This document shows, in pieces, positions 1 through 3,569 of a DNA stretch of 3,569 nt. The notes under the pieces are model-generated. The model did no database searches, was not told the DNA's origin, and saw nothing but the letters and a program-made list of their open reading frames with translations. A program made the translations under genes and the position numbers. Each line of letters opens with the position of its first letter. Position 1 is the stretch's first letter. The DNA comes from Escherichia phage MS2: sequence record EF108465.1; one strand, given 5' to 3'.

Positions 1-28
1 GGGTGGGACCCCTTTCGGGGTCCTGCTC
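1..28 (+). promoter_or_regulatory. 5' terminal hairpin of the phage RNA (stem GGACCCC 6-12 / GGGGTCC 17-23, loop TTTC 13-16, extendable with G-U pairs to nt 1-28)
   Basis: Perfect 7-bp inverted repeat read directly from the sequence, at the extreme 5' end beginning GGG, as in MS2-like leviviruses. In those phages the complement of this 5' end is the 3' end of the minus strand used by the replicase. Confidence 0.85.
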
Positions 29-29
29 A

Positions 30-36
30 ACTTCCT
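30..36 (+). promoter_or_regulatory. Upstream complementary sequence (UCS) able to pair with the maturation-gene Shine-Dalgarno
   Basis: ACTTCCT at 30-36 is complementary to AGGAGGT at 116-122 (6 Watson-Crick pairs plus 1 G-U). This matches the known long-range SD-UCS pairing, about 80 nt apart, that limits maturation-protein translation to nascent or unfolded RNA in MS2. Confidence 0.6.
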
Positions 37-115
37 GTCGAGCTAATGCCATTTTTAATGTCTTTAGCGAGACGCTACCATGGCTATCGCTGTAGGTAGC
101 CGGAATTCCATTCCT

Positions 116-122
116 AGGAGGT
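116..122 (+). promoter_or_regulatory. Shine-Dalgarno sequence of the maturation gene (AGGAGGT)
   Basis: AGGAGGT lies 7 nt upstream of the ATG at 130, with strong complementarity to the 16S rRNA 3' end. This is the classic A-protein ribosome binding site of R17/MS2. Confidence 0.9.
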
Positions 123-129
123 TTGACCT

Positions 130-1311
130 ATGCGAGCTTTTAGTGCCCTTGATAAGGAGAGCAAGACCTTCGTCCCTTCCATTCGCGTTTACGCGAACGG
201 TGAGACCGAAGATAACTCATTCTCTTTAAAATATCGCTCGAACTGGACTCCCGGTCGTTTTAACTCGACTGGGGCCAGAACGAAGCAGTGGCACTATCCC
301 TCCCCGTATTCGCGGGGGGCGTTAAGTGTCACGTCGATAGATCAAGGTGCCTATAAGCGCAGTGGGTCATCGTGGGGTCGCCCGTACGAGGAGAAAGCCG
401 GTTTTGGCTTCTCTCTCGACGCACGCTCCTGCTACAGCCTCTTCCCTGTAAGCCAGAACTTGACTTACATCGAAGTGCCGCAGAACGTTGCGAATCGGGC
501 GTCGACCGAAGTCCTGCAAAAGGTTACCCAAGGTAATTTCAACCTTGGTGTCGCCCTAGCAGAGGCCAGATCGACAGCCTCACAACTCGCGACGCAAACC
601 ATTGCGCTCGTGAAGGCGTACACTGCCGCTCGTCGCGGTAATTGGCGCCAGGCGCTCCGCTACCTCGCCCTAAACGAAGATCGAAAATTTCGATCAAAAC
701 ACGTGGCCGGCAGGTGGTTGGAGTTGCAGTTCGGATGGTTACCACTAATGAGTGATATCCAAGGTGCATATGAGATGCTTACGAAGGTTCACCTTCAAGA
801 GTTTCTTCCTATGAGAGCCGTACGTCAAGTTGGTACTAACATTAAGTTAGATGGCCGCTTGGCGTATCCAGCTGCAAACTTCCAGACAACGTGCAACATA
901 TCACGACGTATCGTGATATGGTTTTACATAAACGATGCACGTTTGGCATGGTTGTCGTCTCTAGGTATCTTGAACCCACTAGGTATAGTGTGGGAAAAGG
1001 TGCCTTTCTCATTCGTTGTCGACTGGCTCCTACCTGTAGGTAACATGCTCGAGGGCCTTACGGCTCCCGTTGGATGCTCCTACATGTCAGGAACAGTTAC
1101 TGACGTAATAACGGGTGAGTCCATCATAAGCGTTGACGCTCCCTATGGGTGGACTGTGGAGAGACAGGGCACTGCTAAGGCCCATGTTTCAGCCATGCAT
1201 CGAGGGGTACAATCCGTATGGCCAACAACTGGCGCATACGTAAAGTCTCCTTTCTCGATGGTCCATACCTTAGATGCGTTAGCATTAATCAGGCAACGGC
1301 TCTCTAAATAG
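130..1311 (+). CDS. mat: Maturation protein (A protein; pilus attachment / assembly protein), 393 aa
   Basis: A 1182-nt ORF, the first gene after the 129-nt 5' UTR. The translation (MRAFS...LIRQRLSK) is recognisably the MS2/R17 maturation protein. The start codon here is ATG, and the stop is TAG at 1309-1311. Confidence 0.97.
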   Translation: MRAFSALDKESKTFVPSIRVYANGETEDNSFSLKYRSNWTPGRFNSTGARTKQWHYPSPYSRGALSVTSIDQGAYKRSGSSWGRPYEEKAGFGFSLDARSCYSLFPVSQNLTYIEVPQNVANRASTEVLQKVTQGNFNLGVALAEARSTASQLATQTIALVKAYTAARRGNWRQALRYLALNEDRKFRSKHVAGRWLELQFGWLPLMSDIQGAYEMLTKVHLQEFLPMRAVRQVGTNIKLDGRLAYPAANFQTTCNISRRIVIWFYINDARLAWLSSLGILNPLGIVWEKVPFSFVVDWLLPVGNMLEGLTAPVGCSYMSGTVTDVITGESIISVDAPYGWTVERQGTAKAHVSAMHRGVQSVWPTTGAYVKSPFSMVHTLDALALIRQRLSK

Positions 1312-1334
1312 AGCCCTCAACCGGAGTTTGAAGC

Positions 1335-1727
1335 ATGGCTTCTAACTTTACTCAGTTTGTTCTCGTCGACAATGGCGGAACTGGCGACGTGACTGTCGCT
1401 CCAAGCAACTTCGCTAACGGGGTCGCTGAATGGATCAGCTCTAACTCGCGCTCACAGGCTTACAAAGTAACCTGTAGCGTTCGTCAGAGCTCTGCGCAGA
1501 ATCGCAAATACACCATTAAAGTCGAGGTGCCTAAGGTGGCAACTCAGACTGTTGGTGGTGTAGAGCTTCCTGTAGCCGCATGGCGTTCGTACTTAAATAT
1601 GGAATTAACTATTCCAATTTTCGCTACGAACTCCGATTGCGAGCTTATTGTTAAGGCAATGCAAGGTCTCCTAAAAGATGGAAACCCGATTCCCTCAGCA
1701 ATCGCAGCAAACTCCGGCATCTACTAA
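1335..1727 (+). CDS. cp: Major coat (capsid) protein, 130 aa including the initiator Met
   Basis: The translation MASNFTQFVLVDNGGTGDVTVAPSNFANGVAEWISSNSRSQAYKVTCSVRQ...SAIAANSGIY matches the MS2 coat protein as I recall it. A weak SD (GGAG, 1323-1326) lies upstream, and the ORF ends in the tandem stops TAA TAG (1725-1730). Confidence 0.98.
   Translation: MASNFTQFVLVDNGGTGDVTVAPSNFANGVAEWISSNSRSQAYKVTCSVRQSSAQNRKYTIKVEVPKVATQTVGGVELPVAAWRSYLNMELTIPIFATNSDCELIVKAMQGLLKDGNPIPSAIAANSGIY
1427..1433 (+). promoter_or_regulatory. Min Jou sequence, 5' partner (TGAATGG) inside the coat gene
   Basis: TGAATGG at 1427-1433 is the exact reverse complement of CCATTCA at 1738-1744, just upstream of the replicase start. 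This is the known long-distance interaction that couples replicase translation to coat-gene translation in MS2. Confidence 0.85.
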
Positions 1728-1905
1728 TAGATGCCGGCCATTCAAACATGAGGATTACCCATGTCGAAGACAACAAAGAAGTTCAACTCTTTATGTATTG
1801 ATCTTCCTCGCGATCTTTCTCTCGAAATTTACCAATCAATTGCTTCTGTCGCTACTGGAAGCGGTAATCCGCACAGTGACGACTTTACAGCAATTGCTTA
1901 CCTAA
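1678..1905 (+). CDS. lys: Lysis protein L, 75 aa, in the +1 frame overlapping the coat 3' end and the replicase 5' end
   Basis: The ORF translates to METRFPQQSQQTPASTNRCRPFKHEDYPCRRQQRSSTLYVLIFLAIFLSKFTNQLLLSLLEAVIRTVTTLQQLLT, a basic N-terminal region followed by a hydrophobic C-terminal segment typical of MS2 L. It overlaps coat across 1678-1727 and replicase across 1761-1905, and ends in TAA at 1903-1905. Confidence 0.93.
   Translation: METRFPQQSQQTPASTNRCRPFKHEDYPCRRQQRSSTLYVLIFLAIFLSKFTNQLLLSLLEAVIRTVTTLQQLLT
1725..1730 (+). other. Tandem stop codons (TAA TAG) terminating the coat gene
   Basis: Both stops are in frame with coat and read directly from the sequence. In MS2, termination here is what lets ribosomes reinitiate at the upstream lysis start. 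Confidence 0.9.
1738..1744 (+). promoter_or_regulatory. Min Jou sequence, 3' partner (CCATTCA) upstream of the replicase start
   Basis: Exact reverse complement of 1427-1433 (see that feature). Confidence 0.85.
1746..1764 (+). promoter_or_regulatory. Replicase translational operator (TR) hairpin, the coat-protein binding site and high-affinity packaging signal
   Basis: ACATGAGGATTACCCATGT has a stem of ACATG/CATGT plus G-C pairs, a bulged A at 1751 (-10), and a 4-nt loop ATTA (1754-1757) with A at -4 and U at -5. It contains the replicase SD (GAGGA, 1750-1754) and the start codon (1761-1763). It matches the canonical MS2 operator exactly. Confidence 0.97.
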
Positions 1906-3398
1906 GGGACGAATTGCTTACAAAGCATCCGACTTTAGGCTCTGGTAATGACGAGGCGACCCGTCGCACCTTAGCTATTGCTAAGCTGCGGGAGGCGAAT
2001 GATCGGTGCGGCCAGATAAATAGAGAAGGTTTCTTACATGACAAATCCTTGTCATGGGATCCGGATGTTTTACAAACCAGCATCCGTAGCCTTATCGGCA
2101 ATCTTCTCTCTGGCTACCAATCGTCGTTGTTTGGGCAATGCACGTTCTCCAACGGTGCCTCTATGGGGCACAAGTTGCAGGATGCAGCGCCTTACAAGAA
2201 GTTCGCTGAACAAGCAACCGTTACCCCCCGCGCTCTGAGAGCGGCTCTATTGGTCCGAGACCAATGTGCGCCGTGGATCAGACACGCGGTCCACTATAAC
2301 GAGTCATATGAATTTAGGCTCGTTGTAGGGAACGGAGTGTTTACAGTTCCGAAGAATAATAAAATAGATCGGGCTGCCTGTAAGGAGCCTGATATGAATA
2401 TGTACCTCCAGAAAGGGGTCGGCGCTTTTATTAGACGCCGGCTCAAATCCGTTGGTATAGACCTGAATGATCAGTCGATCAACCAGCGTCTAGCTCAGCA
2501 AGGCAGCGCAGATGGTTCGCTTGCGACGATAGACTTATCGTCCGCGTCCGATTCCATTTCCGACCGCCTAGTGTGGAATTTCCTTCCACCTGAGCTATAT
2601 TCATATCTTGATCGTATCCGCTCGCACTACGGAATCGTAGATGGCGAGACGATACGATGGGAACTATTTTCCACGATGGGAAATGGGTTTACATTTGAGC
2701 TAGAGTCCATGATATTCTGGGCAATAGTCAAAGCAACCCAAATCCATTTTGGTAACGCCGGAACCATAGGCATCTACGGGGACGATATCATATGTCCCAG
2801 TGAGATTGCACCCCGTGTGCTAGAGGCACTTGCCTACTACGGTTTTAAACCGAATCTTCGTAAAACGTTCGTGTCCGGGCTCTTTCGCGAGAGCTGCAGC
2901 GCGCACTTTTACCGTGGTGTCGATGTCAAACCGTTTTACATCAAGAAACCTGTTGACAACCTCTTTGCCCTGATGCTGATATTAAATCGGCTACGGGGTT
3001 GGGGGGTTGTCGGAGGTATGTCAGATCCACGCCTTTACAAGGTGTGGGTACGACTCTCCTCCCAGGTACCTTCGATGTTCTTCGGTGGGACGGACCTCGC
3101 TGCCGACTACTACGTAGTCAGCCCGCCTACGGCGGTCTCGGTATATACCAAGACTCCGTATGGACGGCTGCTCGCGGATACCCGTACCTCGGGTTTCCGT
3201 CTTGCTCGTATCGCTCGAGAACGCAAGTTCTTCAGCGAAAAGCATGACAGTGGTCGCTACATAGCGTGGTTCCATACTGGAGGTGAAATCACCGACAGTA
3301 TGAAGTCCGCCGGCGTGCGCATCATGCGCACTTCGGAGTGGCTAACGCCGGTTCCCACATTCCCTCAGGAGTGTGGGCCAGCGAGCTCTCCTCGGTAG
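1761..3398 (+). CDS. rep: RNA-dependent RNA polymerase (replicase beta subunit), 545 aa
   Basis: A 1638-nt ORF whose translation (MSKTTKKFNSLCIDLPRD...) is recognisably the MS2 replicase. It contains the catalytic YGDD motif, and its start sits inside the operator hairpin. Stop is TAG at 3396-3398. Confidence 0.98.
   Translation: MSKTTKKFNSLCIDLPRDLSLEIYQSIASVATGSGNPHSDDFTAIAYLRDELLTKHPTLGSGNDEATRRTLAIAKLREANDRCGQINREGFLHDKSLSWDPDVLQTSIRSLIGNLLSGYQSSLFGQCTFSNGASMGHKLQDAAPYKKFAEQATVTPRALRAALLVRDQCAPWIRHAVHYNESYEFRLVVGNGVFTVPKNNKIDRAACKEPDMNMYLQKGVGAFIRRRLKSVGIDLNDQSINQRLAQQGSADGSLATIDLSSASDSISDRLVWNFLPPELYSYLDRIRSHYGIVDGETIRWELFSTMGNGFTFELESMIFWAIVKATQIHFGNAGTIGIYGDDIICPSEIAPRVLEALAYYGFKPNLRKTFVSGLFRESCSAHFYRGVDVKPFYIKKPVDNLFALMLILNRLRGWGVVGGMSDPRLYKVWVRLSSQVPSMFFGGTDLAADYYVVSPPTAVSVYTKTPYGRLLADTRTSGFRLARIARERKFFSEKHDSGRYIAWFHTGGEITDSMKSAGVRIMRTSEWLTPVPTFPQECGPASSPR
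2775..2786 (+). other. rep: YGDD catalytic motif (polymerase motif C) of the replicase
   Basis: Codons TAC GGG GAC GAT are in the replicase frame and encode Y-G-D-D within the sequence ...GTIGIYGDDIICP... The GDD motif is the hallmark of RNA-dependent RNA polymerases. Confidence 0.95.
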
Positions 3399-3569
3399 CT
3401 GACCGAGGGACCCCCGTAAACGGGGTGGGTGTGCTCGAAAGAGCACGGGTCCGCGAAAGCGGTGGCTCCACCGAAAGGTGGGCGGGCTTCGGCCCAGGGA
3501 CCTCCCCCTGAAGAGAGGACCCGGGATTCTCCCGATTTGGTAACTAGCTGCTTGGCTAGTGACCACCCA
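3399..3569 (+). other. 3' untranslated region made of consecutive short stem-loops, ending ...ACCACCCA
   Basis: Inverted repeats read directly: CCTCGG/CCGAGG (3390-3408) enclosing the replicase stop; CCCCG-TAAA-CGGGG (3412-3425); GTGCTC-GAAA-GAGCAC (3431-3446); CCGC-GAAA-GCGG (3451-3462); CCACC-GAAA-GGTGG (3468-3481); GGGC-TTCG-GCCC (3484-3495); GGGA-TTC-TCCC (3523-3533). The 3' UTR of MS2 is known to be highly structured. Confidence 0.85.
3543..3560 (+). promoter_or_regulatory. 3' terminal hairpin (ACTAGC / GCTAGT stem, loop TGCTTG) followed by the single-stranded tail GACCACCCA
   Basis: Perfect 6-bp inverted repeat 3543-3548 / 3555-3560 read directly. The terminal CCCA at 3566-3569 is the levivirus 3' end, where the final A is added untemplated by the replicase in these phages. 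Confidence 0.85.

Noticed and set aside
539-769. Minus-strand ORF of 76 aa inside the maturation gene
   Set aside because: The genome is + strand RNA and the minus strand is only a replication intermediate that is not translated. The ORF has no recognisable ribosome binding site, its product is low-complexity and Arg-rich, and it is fully explained as a chance frame opposite a coding region.
1898-2101. Minus-strand ORF of 67 aa inside the replicase gene
   Set aside because: Same reasoning: antisense to a well-supported CDS in an RNA phage; no support for translation.
2038-2238. Plus-strand ORF of 66 aa nested in an alternative frame of the replicase gene
   Set aside because: No SD-like sequence precedes the ATG, and the ORF lies entirely within replicase. 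Unlike the lysis gene, no known levivirus gene maps here; most likely a chance frame. It could only be supported by conservation of the frame across relatives or by ribosome profiling.
2999-3247. Plus-strand ORF of 82 aa nested in an alternative frame of the replicase gene
   Set aside because: Same reasoning as above: no initiation signals, and not a known gene in MS2-group phages.
3021-3275. Minus-strand ORF of 84 aa inside the replicase gene
   Set aside because: Antisense to replicase in a + strand RNA genome; chance ORF.
3412-3495. GC-rich hairpins that resemble rho-independent transcription terminators
   Set aside because: None is followed by a U/T tract, and the molecule is an RNA genome replicated by an RNA replicase rather than transcribed from DNA. 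These are structural elements of the 3' UTR, not terminators.
3342-3566. Minus-strand ORF of 74 aa across the replicase end and 3' UTR
   Set aside because: It lies opposite the structured, GC-rich 3' UTR where stop codons are rare by composition. The product is Arg/Pro-rich and low-complexity, and the minus strand is not an mRNA.
1-3569. Possibility that the window hides a novel defence or accessory system
   Set aside because: Every stretch of the window is accounted for by the four known levivirus genes and their UTRs, with no spare coding capacity, no repeat arrays, no mobile-element ends and no unexplained ORFs. Claiming novelty would not be supported by the sequence.

Overview
This window is not a fragment of a cellular genome. 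It is a complete, end-to-end cDNA copy of a positive-sense ssRNA coliphage of the MS2/R17 group (Emesvirus zinderi, formerly Leviviridae), running from the 5' terminal GGG hairpin to the 3' terminal ACCACCCA. All four known genes are present in the canonical order on the + strand: maturation (A) protein 130-1311, coat protein 1335-1727, the out-of-frame overlapping lysis protein 1678-1905, and the replicase beta subunit 1761-3398. The classic RNA regulatory elements can be read directly from the sequence: the replicase translational operator hairpin, the Min Jou long-range pairing, the pairing between the maturation-gene Shine-Dalgarno and its upstream complementary sequence, and a 3' UTR built of tetraloop hairpins. 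I find no evidence of a previously undescribed system; this is one of the most thoroughly characterised genomes known. The only points worth a second look are small differences from the MS2 reference as I recall it: an AUG rather than GUG maturation start (R17-like), and an apparent C-to-U change just after the coat stop codons that creates an AUG and an Arg-to-Cys change in the lysis protein. These rest on memory and need alignment to confirm. Minus-strand ORFs and the nested + strand ORFs in the track are rejected as non-coding.
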